Source of the DNA: Candidatus Hydrogenedentota bacterium
Lineage (GTDB): Bacteria > Hydrogenedentota > Hydrogenedentia > Hydrogenedentales > SLHB01
DNA length: 64,000 bases
Reading direction: 5' to 3'
Assembly (NCBI GenBank): GCA_029974275.1
Contig: JARKSN010000175.1
Location: 21,545 to 85,544, forward strand
Shown: positions 38,801 to 47,123 of the stretch, piece after piece
Numbering within the stretch: the first letter of the stretch is position 1
Layout of the letters: the number at the start of each line of letters is the position of its first letter
Notes under the pieces: generated by a model
The model's input: the letters and a program-made list of their open reading frames with translations, nothing else
The model's database searches: none
Told to the model about the DNA's origin: nothing
Translations under genes and position numbers: made by a program

Positions 38801-39805
38801 TCACCCACGGTCATCTGGAGGATCCTCGCTTGCACTTGGCTCCACTTCGTCGTCCTCCGCGATGTAGCCCATCGCGCGATACCCCTTTGCCCTCTTCGCA
38901 AACATGCGAGCCAACACGGGAATGTTGGTATCCACGTAGTCGTACACGCGGACCTCGCACTTGCCATCATGCGTCCGGTGAAGCCGCCCGACGTACTGCT
39001 GGAGCGTACCGCGCCAGGATATGGGAAGGGCGAGAAACAGTGTGTCCAACCGCGCGTCGTCGAACCCCTCGCCCGCGTACCGCCCTGTGGCGACAATCGT
39101 CCTTCGCTCCGTTTGCGGGACGGACTTCATCTGTTCATCGACGGCGGCGCGCTGCTTCTTGCCCATGCCGCCGTGCATCACGATGACGTTTGAGGTATCC
39201 TTGCGAAGGCGCGCGCGTCCTCCTGCCAGCCGTCCTTGTCAAAATCTGCTGCCAGGAACCAGCACGTTTCGTCCTGCAGGAGCGGGTACACGCCAATCGT
39301 ATGCTTGCCGAGGACATGGTCCTGGATCGTCTCGTCGGACACAGGGATGTACTTGGAGTTTTGACACCGTGAGCACGGCTTCTGGCAAATTGGGCGATTC
39401 CATTCATTGGCACAAGCGGGAGAATAGCCGGACCTGCCTTTCCTGTTTTCCCATCGGACCGCATACACGTCTTCGCGGCCACGGAAAAGCGAGCGAAACA
39501 GATCTATCTTCTCTTTCCGAGTGGACAATCTGTCTGGAGTCTCGACTGGAGGGGCCGTTCCCTCCGCCACTCGGGCGATGGATCGAGTGGGGGCAAGGGG
39601 CTGCGTCGGTTGGCTTTGTGGTCGAGGCGTTTCCTTGTCCCTGCGTTCTGACAATGGAGTCGGTAGCGAAGAGGCCGGCCTGATGGCAAACGATTCGAGA
39701 AGGACCTTCAGGCGGCGGTTCTCCGCCCTCAGACGCTCGTTTTCCTCGAGAACCTCGCGGAGTTCATCCCCACCGGCCTGTGTTTGCTCTGTCTTCTTCA
39801 TTCCC
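38801..39805 (-). pseudogene. TOTE-like primase / SF2 helicase gene with a large internal deletion and frameshift
   Basis: N-part FRSLFRGREDVYAVRW...GYSPACANEW...GKHTIGVYPL...CWFLAADFD joined out of frame near 39205 to the helicase C-terminus VATGRYAGEGFDDARLDTLFLALPISWRGTLQQYVGRLHR...VYDYVD. Confidence 0.8.
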
Positions 39806-39972
39806 ATCCTCTGACTGTGGCAAGCGTCCACATTTTAGCAGAGACCGTTGGGGTGGCGAAGAAAGTCGAGTGGTCCCGATCCCGATTGGCAAGAATCGTC
39901 AAGCAGCAGTATAATGAAGCAAGTCCACTGCATAGCCCACAGAAAGTCATGCTCGGGTGAAACGGGATTACC

Positions 39973-41442
39973 ATGAATAAGCGGGAATTGCGAGAAATGG
40001 TGGCGGAAGGCGAGTCCGACCACCTTGAATTCAAGAAGACGACCGGGCAACGTACCGAGGCCGCCAAGACTGTCTGCGCAATGCTGAATGGGCTTGGCGG
40101 GTTTGTTCTGTTCGGTGTGACGGACAAAGGCCAAGTTGTCGGCCAACTCGTGGCGGCAACCACGCTCGAAGACATTGCCGCAGAGCTTCGTAGAATTGAG
40201 CCACCAGCTTTTCCCGATATTGAGACAGTGAACGTTGGCAGAGGCGCCTCTGTAATTGTGCTCAGCGTGCCCGGAAGCGGCGGACCCTACACGTACGACG
40301 GTCGCGCTTATCTGCGGCATGGGCCCACAACTATCGTTATGCCCCGCCATGAATATGAGCGGCGCTTGGTGGAGCGTCTTCACGCGACACGGCGCTGGGA
40401 GAACGAACCCGTTCCGAACGGAGTTTCGGTCAAGGATCTCGATAAGCAAGAGATTCTCCTGACTCTGGACAATGCCATCAGACTCGGCCGTTTGGAGCAG
40501 ACTGACCGTCGCGATCTCCGAAGCGTATTACGCGGGTTGGAATTGATCCACGACGACAAACTTCTTAATGCGGCCGTAGTCCTTTATGGAAAATCCGACC
40601 AAATCAAACCCCTCTATCCCCAACTGGGCATCCGCTTGGGACGTTTCCGGGGCATCAACCGGTTGGCTGATTTCTCCGATAACCGCCAATACTGGGGAAA
40701 TGCCTTCTCGCTCCTGCGCCGCGCCGAATCCTTTCTAATGGACCATGTGCCGATCGCCGGCCAAGTTGTCCCAGGCAAGATGGTCCGAGAAGATCAGCCG
40801 CTGTATCCGCCGCGTGCCACGCGGGAGGCCTTGGCAAACGCCCTCTGCCACCGCGACTACACTGTACCGGGTGGCGCCGTGGCTGTCGCCATGTACGACG
40901 ATCACCTTGAAATCACGAATCCTGGCGCGCTGCACTTCGGCATCACGCCCAAGAAGCTCACAAGGCCTCACGAATCCAGGCCGTGGAACCCAATCATCGC
41001 CAATGTTTTCTACCGGGCGGGTATCATCGAGCGTTGGGGCAGCGGCACGCTCAATATCATCGATTGGTGTACAGAAAATGCCAATCCAAGGCCTGCTTGG
41101 CATGAACAAGCCGGATCGGTGTACATAACATTCCTGCCAGCCGCTTTGCCCGCTACCCAGCGAGCGACACAAAAAGATGGCCCCAAGGCAGGACCGAGAC
41201 GGCGTGAAGTCGCAGGTGAAGTCGCAGGTGAAGTGGAGCAACTACTGCGCGTTATGGAGACTGCAATGAGTCGGAGCGCGATCCAGCAGGCCTTGGGCCT
41301 TAAGTCGCAATCCAATTTCAGAGACCGTTACCTGCTACCAGCCATCAGAGGTGGCTTGATCGAGATGACTATCCCTGACAGACCCAACAGCCGCATGCAG
41401 AAATACAAGATCACAGCCAAGGCCAGGAAATTACTCGGGTAG
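39973..41442 (+). CDS. AlbA_2 (Schlafen-like) domain + HATPase_c_4 + C-terminal winged-helix protein
   Basis: ESDHLEFKK, CAMLNGLGGFVLFGVTD, REALANALCHRDY, NPIIANVFYRAGIIERWGSG, IEMTIPDRPNSRMQKY. Confidence 0.88.
   Translation: MNKRELREMVAEGESDHLEFKKTTGQRTEAAKTVCAMLNGLGGFVLFGVTDKGQVVGQLVAATTLEDIAAELRRIEPPAFPDIETVNVGRGASVIVLSVPGSGGPYTYDGRAYLRHGPTTIVMPRHEYERRLVERLHATRRWENEPVPNGVSVKDLDKQEILLTLDNAIRLGRLEQTDRRDLRSVLRGLELIHDDKLLNAAVVLYGKSDQIKPLYPQLGIRLGRFRGINRLADFSDNRQYWGNAFSLLRRAESFLMDHVPIAGQVVPGKMVREDQPLYPPRATREALANALCHRDYTVPGGAVAVAMYDDHLEITNPGALHFGITPKKLTRPHESRPWNPIIANVFYRAGIIERWGSGTLNIIDWCTENANPRPAWHEQAGSVYITFLPAALPATQRATQKDGPKAGPRRREVAGEVAGEVEQLLRVMETAMSRSAIQQALGLKSQSNFRDRYLLPAIRGGLIEMTIPDRPNSRMQKYKITAKARKLLG
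41204..41234 (+). repeat. 12-bp in-frame tandem repeat (EVAG linker)
   Basis: GTGAAGTCGCAG twice plus a partial third unit. Confidence 0.8.
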
Positions 41443-41649
41443 CCTGCAACACGGAGATGCACTGCGACCTTTGTGTTCCCGCAGCCTCGGAGTCCAGACC
41501 CGGTAGCGAGAGGTTCAACGTATGTGGCAGCGTGCGTGCTTGGTCCCCATTAAACAAAGCACCCAGCGGTGTCAGCCCAGTCACCAAGTGTTGGTGAGCA
41601 GTCGCAGCGGGTCTTCGGGTACCTCATGCATTTCGCAATCGTCGGCATA

Positions 41650-41827
41650 TGCTGCGAGGCAGGATGTCGTCAAGAAGGCGCTTCTTAGGCAGATTGAAGC
41701 AGTCCCAGACGCAGCAACGCGGGACCGCCTAGGTTATCTGGCATGGCTCATCGCAGACGAACGCCTAGAGATCAAAATCGCTGTCCCGTTACCAGAGCCT
41801 TCCCAAGAAGCCGGGGCCGTGTCATGA
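41650..41827 (+). pseudogene. Fragment resembling the N-terminal region of PLD-like/SF2 helicase restriction-type proteins
   Basis: RDRLGYLAWLIADERLEIKIAVP motif with no intact gene around it. Confidence 0.4.
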
Positions 41828-42546
41828 AGATAGTGGCAATCCAGAGAACGTCCTTCGTGGACTACCCCGGCAAGATCGCGGCCGTGATCTTCATCCAAGG
41901 GTGCAATCTGAATTGCTTCTACTGCCAAAACCGGGCACTCATTGACGGCGACAGCGTCACATGCGGCATGACACAAGAGGAAGCCCTCGCCTGGCTCGAT
42001 ACACGGCACGGGCTGCTTGATGCGGTTGTCTTCAGTGGCGGGGAGCCCACGCTTCAACTTGACCTCGCCGGATTCATGGCGGAGGTGCATGCGCTCGGAT
42101 ATCTCGTTAAGTTGGATACCAACGGAACCCAGCCCGATGTCTTGGCGTCGCTCATTGGGAAAGGCGTCCTTGATTACGTGGCCATGGATATCAAGGGGTC
42201 GCCTGAAAAGTACGACTCGATCTGTTGTACTCGCGTTGACAGGGACCGCATTGACGCGAGTATCGGTATCCTGCTATCCAGTCGAGTCGACTATGAATTC
42301 CGCACGACTGTCGTTCCCCAGCTGACGCATTCCGACTTCCATGCCATTGCCCATCGCATCCGGGGGGCCCGCCTGTATGTCCTGCAGCGGTATCGCCCTG
42401 TGGTGACGGTGAGGACGACTGCTGAAGCACATTACGAAGCGCTTCTGCATTCGCCCGAATGGGCGCAGGAAGTCGTGGCGGACATCAAGACCCTGATAAG
42501 GAGCTGTCAAACGAGAGGATTTGGCGTCACTGGCGTCAAGCAATGA
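41824..42546 (+). CDS. nrdG: Anaerobic ribonucleoside-triphosphate reductase activating radical SAM protein
   Basis: SFVDYPGKIAAVIFIQGCNLNCFYCQN, FSGGEPTLQ, KLDTNG, YVAMDIK and YEFRTT. Confidence 0.88.
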   Translation: MKIVAIQRTSFVDYPGKIAAVIFIQGCNLNCFYCQNRALIDGDSVTCGMTQEEALAWLDTRHGLLDAVVFSGGEPTLQLDLAGFMAEVHALGYLVKLDTNGTQPDVLASLIGKGVLDYVAMDIKGSPEKYDSICCTRVDRDRIDASIGILLSSRVDYEFRTTVVPQLTHSDFHAIAHRIRGARLYVLQRYRPVVTVRTTAEAHYEALLHSPEWAQEVVADIKTLIRSCQTRGFGVTGVKQ

Positions 42547-42641
42547 AACGTGTCCCGGTCTTCTGCCGCATCATGGGTAGAGGGACGAGAAGGCAGAACA
42601 ACCACGGAGGACAGAGAGATGGGATGCAAAATGAATGTTGA
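42543..42641 (+). pseudogene. Possible relic of a small NrdD C-terminal (glycyl-radical) protein
   Basis: ATGA-coupled to nrdG; MKRVPVFCRIMG resembles the 'EVYSR(I/V)(M/V)GY' glycyl-radical loop, then diverges. Confidence 0.3.
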
Positions 42642-42993
42642 AGAAACCACAGCGATTATCCCTGTAGGCGAGTACGATGCGGATGTCAGAGACGTGCGTG
42701 ACCAGGAAGGGCAGCATGGCCCGATGGTGCGCCTCGAGTTCAAACTTTCCACGGACGACGAGTTCGATGGATACAGGACGTCGGGGCTCGCCAGCAAGAA
42801 ACTCACTGAAGCGACTAAGCTTGGGCGGTGGGTTGCGGCCATTCTCGGTCAGTTGCCGCCTGTTGGGGAAGAGATAACGGTCGATGATCTGCTTGGCAAG
42901 CGTTGTCGGGTTGTGATTGCCCACAAAAGGAACTCCGAGGGAAAAGCCTTTGCCAATGTTTCGGATGTTGTCGCAGTAGCGGCAAGGCGTTAA
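42619..42993 (+). CDS. Phage-type ssDNA-binding-like protein (DUF669-like OB fold)
   Basis: IPVGEYDADV...VRLEFKL...DDLLGKRCRVVIAH...FANV pattern; GGAGG RBS. Confidence 0.55.
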   Translation: MGCKMNVEETTAIIPVGEYDADVRDVRDQEGQHGPMVRLEFKLSTDDEFDGYRTSGLASKKLTEATKLGRWVAAILGQLPPVGEEITVDDLLGKRCRVVIAHKRNSEGKAFANVSDVVAVAARR

Positions 42994-43020
42994 GCGAGAA
43001 GATTACGAGGTACTGCATCG

Positions 43021-43290
43021 ATGAAAACCGCCACGAACGAAGCCAAGGGCCTGGCGCGGGCTACAACATCTCCAGCAGACCGTTCCAGGAAGGTTCAGGA
43101 AAACGGGGGCGCGTACATCTCGCCGCGGGAACTGGCCATTCGTTGGTGTTGCTCCCGTTCCTCCGTCGACCGTATAGCGGCACGCGCGTCGCTTACTCGG
43201 TTGTGCCTTGGCGACGGGGCCAATGGAATCATTCGGTACGTCTTGAAAGAGGTGGAGAACTACGAGCGATCGCGAATGCTTGGACGATAG
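43021..43290 (+). CDS. Excisionase-like HTH DNA-binding protein
   Basis: YISPRELAIRWCCSRSSVDRI...IIRYVLKEVENY; convergent with the integrase. Confidence 0.65.
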   Translation: MKTATNEAKGLARATTSPADRSRKVQENGGAYISPRELAIRWCCSRSSVDRIAARASLTRLCLGDGANGIIRYVLKEVENYERSRMLGR

Positions 43291-43368
43291 AGCGTGCAAG
43301 GACAGTTCGGGGCCATCTCGATGCCGCGTGGCAAGTCCAATCGAGATGGCCCCAAGGCTGCGTATAGG

Positions 43369-44583
43369 TTATGCCTTCTGCCCATCGGCCGCGGCGGGTT
43401 TCGGGAGAAGATACAAGCCGGGCCGTGGCGGGTTCGTCGGGGGAGGCGTTATGTCTTGGTCCATGAACTCTACAGAATCAATCAGGGATTCCGGCAACAG
43501 GGCGGCATAGTGCCGGCGGCAAATCTCCGGTGAATTACCCATCAGCGTCGCAATCTTGTAAAGGCTCTCGCCCTTCATAGCGAGATGACTGCCGAACGTG
43601 TGCCGGAAATCGAGACAGCCCCAAGGGAGTCCCGCCTTCTCGTTGATCGCCCTCAGGTCTTGGGAGAAGTTGTCCGGGTGCCACCGTTTGCCCAGCGGCG
43701 ACGAGAGGTACCAGGCTCCTGGGACAATCCTTACCTCGTACCGATCAAGGTACTCCCGCAGCCGCAGGCTGATCGGGACCACCCGATTGACCTTGGTCTT
43801 CGGCTGCCAGAATTCCCCGTCCACGGTCTTGGATCGCACGTGAATTACGCCGTACTTGCCAGCGTCCAGGTCGATATCCTTTCGCGTGAGCCACAGGGCT
43901 TCCTCGCGGCGCAGCCCCGCAAGGATGTAGACGGCCACCAGCGTCCGGATGGTCGGACAGGCTTCCAGGACCCGAAGCTGTTCCTCGATCTGTTCGCGCG
44001 AGAGGAAGCGAATCACGTGCGCACGCTCGCGGGATCGTTCCACTTTCTGAGCCGGGTTGATATCGTTGGGCATCCGGACACCGTACTGAGTCATCGCCCA
44101 ACTGAAGAGGCGCGACAGAATGCCCCGGTAGTGGTTGCAGGTTTTTGGGGACAGGCCACGGGCCTGTGAACGCGCCAGAATGAACGCCACGATTTGGGCC
44201 GTGGTGATCGATTCGATGTATCCGGCCTCAATATAACCGGACGCGGTCTTTCTCGCCTGCTTTTTCCGTTTATCCTTTGGTTGGGGAACATCCAGTTCCG
44301 GGCAAACGGGCCCGAACATGTCCCGGAGGTAGAACAGCTCGCACTTCACGGTGTTCTTCGTTTTCTCCGCGCGAGTGTGAGCGATGTAGGCGGTTAGCAC
44401 CTCCGCGAGCGGCGTCTTGCTGGGCAAGGGGAGGTCGCCGCCGGTCGCCAGTCCGGATTCGATTTTGCGGAGTTTTTCCATCGCCATGGGACGCGACCGG
44501 GTATGAAGACAGACCATGCACTGCTTCTTTCCCAGCCGGTATTTGGCGTAGTAGACGTTGCCGCGTTTGAGCAAGGAAGCCAT
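43369..44583 (-). CDS. Tyrosine recombinase / integrase
   Basis: AGLRREEA, PKTK..R.VPI, DFRHTFGSHL, LMGNS...RRHYA; adjacent to the tRNA att site; GGAGG RBS. Confidence 0.93.
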   Translation of the reverse strand: MASLLKRGNVYYAKYRLGKKQCMVCLHTRSRPMAMEKLRKIESGLATGGDLPLPSKTPLAEVLTAYIAHTRAEKTKNTVKCELFYLRDMFGPVCPELDVPQPKDKRKKQARKTASGYIEAGYIESITTAQIVAFILARSQARGLSPKTCNHYRGILSRLFSWAMTQYGVRMPNDINPAQKVERSRERAHVIRFLSREQIEEQLRVLEACPTIRTLVAVYILAGLRREEALWLTRKDIDLDAGKYGVIHVRSKTVDGEFWQPKTKVNRVVPISLRLREYLDRYEVRIVPGAWYLSSPLGKRWHPDNFSQDLRAINEKAGLPWGCLDFRHTFGSHLAMKGESLYKIATLMGNSPEICRRHYAALLPESLIDSVEFMDQDITPPPTNPPRPGLYLLPKPAAADGQKA

Positions 44584-44720
44584 TGCACACACCCTCCATT
44601 GATTCGGAGCCAGAGTTGTGTGGCAAGTCCATTGCCTATGCGGCGGAAGCCTGAAACCGGTTTCAATACCTCAAGTGGTATCAAATTGGTATCAAATCGG
44701 CCATTTCCGGGCAAAAAGAA

Positions 44721-44746
44721 AAGGGCTTACGTCGCCGTAAGCCCTT
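44721..44746 (-). terminator. Terminator-like hairpin 3' of tRNA-Met
   Basis: AAGGGCTTACG-4 nt-CGTAAGCCCTT followed by a T-rich run on the minus strand. Confidence 0.7.
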
Positions 44747-44756
44747 TGATTCCAAA

Positions 44757-44833
<77 letters not shown>

Positions 44834-44848
44834 TCATGTCTATGGCGT

Positions 44849-44877
44849 ATGGTATCACGTGAGGATGAACATGTCAA
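44849..44877 (-). promoter_or_regulatory. tRNA promoter
   Basis: TTGACA-17 bp-TACCAT on the minus strand, just upstream of the tRNA. Confidence 0.7.
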
Positions 44878-45204
44878 ATCAATGTTCACGCCAAAATCGG
44901 GCAAGAAGAAGGACTGAAGACAAAATTGACCTACAGGCCACGTTCGGATCGCGCCGGGCCCCCTTCACGCTGACGCCGGACCGGTGCACGCTCATGTTTG
45001 AGGCCGAAGACTCGTCCGTGCGCTGGTTCTGCGCGACCGCGCGAATCCAGGCCCATTTCGACGAATCCTGTCAGATTCACGATCGGCTCCGCGGCATGGG
45101 GCCATATCTCGTGAAAGCCCCGAAGCCTCAACGCCCCACGACGTTTTCAGCCAGCGGCGGACGTTTTGCTCGCCGAGAAGGCCTGAGAACCCCATTCCGG
45201 TTGC

Positions 45205-46614
45205 TCACGGAAGGCCGATTCGGTTGAGCAAGATGGGCGCGTAGCGCGCCAATGCAAATGGATTGGGATGATCGCGCAAAATGCGGATCAGGCGACCGGG
45301 GCGCAGAAAAAAAAGGCGGTTGGCGCTGCGCTGGAGACGGTAGAAGCGATCGTCGGGAACTTCGGAAAGGTTGACGTGCATGCGGCTGAGGTCGCGGTTG
45401 ACGTAGTCGAGTCCGGCAAGGCGATCGGGGTGCGAGGCTTTGACCTGCTCGTAAAGCAGCGTGTTCGGATAGGGCGTGACGGAAAAAAACGAGCCGGTGT
45501 GGAATGCCGCGTCGCATGCCACGCGGATGGTCTGGCGCATCTCGTCCTCGGTCTCGGTGGGAAAGCCAAGCATGCAAAACGCGTTGGTGAAAATGCGCCG
45601 GGCAACGGAAGCCTCGACGGCGTCGAGAAATTTCGGGATGTCGAGACGCTTGCCAATCCATTGCTGAATGCGCGGCGATCCGGATTCAAGCGCGAGGCTC
45701 CAGTAGTAAAGGCCGGAGGCCTTGAGCGCGTCGATGACTTCGACGGTCAGGGTGTCGCCGCGCACGCCGTTCGGCAACGCCATGCGCAACGAAATCCCTT
45801 TCGTGCGCAGCAGGTCCGCAAACGCAAACACGCGGTCGGGGTCATGGGTGAACACGTCGTCCTGGAATTCGACATCGCGGATCCCGTACGCGCGCGTGAC
45901 ATGCGCGATCTCGTCGACCATGCGCTCGGGCGAATGCGCGCGGAAGCGTTTGCCGAAAATCGTGTGGCAATAGCTGCATTGGCTTGGGCAGCCGCGGCTG
46001 CTGAGCAGCGAGATGTAGCGGCGGCCCGGTATGGGCGGCGCAGACTGCTGGCACCAATAGGCAGACAGGTCGATGAGGTCGTACGCCGGGAAGGGCAGGC
46101 TATCCACGTCGGCGATGATCGGGACGAATCCCGGGTTGCGAATGACCCGTCCGTCCGCCCCGCGCCAGATCAGGCCCGGCACGTCGCTCAGGTGTCCGCC
46201 GCCAAACCGCGCCTCGATAAGCCGCTCAAAGGCCCATTCGCCTTCGCCCACGATAGCCGCGTCGGCTTCGGTTCCGTCGAGGGCGCGTTCGCGGAACGCC
46301 GACGGGTGCGGGCCGCCAAGCACCATGAGCGCAGCAGGCAACCCTTCGCGCACCGCCTTGGTGACCGGTCCAACGAAGTGCGCCGAAGGCGTCAGCGCGC
46401 ACAGGCCGACAATGTCCGCGCGGAAGGCGATCGCGCGCCGCGCCAGCTCCTCGGAAGAACAATTATCGATGCGCTGATTGACGAGTTGAATGTCGAGGTC
46501 GAACTTCGTGCGCAGATACGCCGCGAGATACAGAATCCCCAGGGGGGGCGTCACGATTGGAAACAGCGGCGTCGTGTGCCCTAGATTGGCGAGAAAGAGA
46601 CGTAAATGCCGCAC
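45205..46614 (-). CDS. B12-binding domain radical SAM protein
   Basis: PPLGILYLAA, LGGPHPS, GEGE, SSRGCPSQCSYC, ESGS and GFPTET; GTG start with a G-rich RBS. Confidence 0.9.
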   Translation of the reverse strand: MRHLRLFLANLGHTTPLFPIVTPPLGILYLAAYLRTKFDLDIQLVNQRIDNCSSEELARRAIAFRADIVGLCALTPSAHFVGPVTKAVREGLPAALMVLGGPHPSAFRERALDGTEADAAIVGEGEWAFERLIEARFGGGHLSDVPGLIWRGADGRVIRNPGFVPIIADVDSLPFPAYDLIDLSAYWCQQSAPPIPGRRYISLLSSRGCPSQCSYCHTIFGKRFRAHSPERMVDEIAHVTRAYGIRDVEFQDDVFTHDPDRVFAFADLLRTKGISLRMALPNGVRGDTLTVEVIDALKASGLYYWSLALESGSPRIQQWIGKRLDIPKFLDAVEASVARRIFTNAFCMLGFPTETEDEMRQTIRVACDAAFHTGSFFSVTPYPNTLLYEQVKASHPDRLAGLDYVNRDLSRMHVNLSEVPDDRFYRLQRSANRLFFLRPGRLIRILRDHPNPFALARYAPILLNRIGLP

Positions 46615-47070
46615 ATCACCCCCTTCAGGCAGCGACCAAACCGTTGCGCCGTTCTTCGAGTGTCGTGAATCGCCCTTGAGGCGACAGAGGGCTCTTTTTT
46701 CCCGGCAGGGATATTGGAGAGTAACCCAGCGACGTATCGCCAGAAAAACAGCCCCTCTTCGATACAAGCGCCGTCGGCACAGTTAAGAGGCAATTCGCCG
46801 TCATCAACCGTCCCGCCAGGAGGACAACCTTGCGCCGCTTCAACGATACATCGCCACGTGCGCAAAAAAATCGTCGCAGCTCCAATTATGATGCACTCCC
46901 TTGTATGACTTTCAAGCTAATTTTCGCGGCGCGCCGGAGAGCCCCTTGGTCTCGTGGCGGGGAAGAATGCCCGGCGCCCCTCCCAAACGGTTGGGATGTT
47001 GGCCCGTCGGAGAAATGTTCTGCAAGAAAATTCGACAGGCTGTTGCTCAGCGCTCTACGGCCACAAGATA

Positions 47071-47099
47071 TTGCGTCAATAGGACCGCTATGGTACAAT
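47071..47099 (+). promoter_or_regulatory. Sigma70-like promoter
   Basis: TTGCGT-17 bp-TACAAT with TG extension. Confidence 0.55.
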
Positions 47100-47123
47100 A
47101 GCCCGCAAGCTGGGGTGACCATC

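Noticed and set aside
44880..45204. Short ORFs between the tRNA promoter and the radical SAM gene
   Set aside because: No RBS, motif or compositional support
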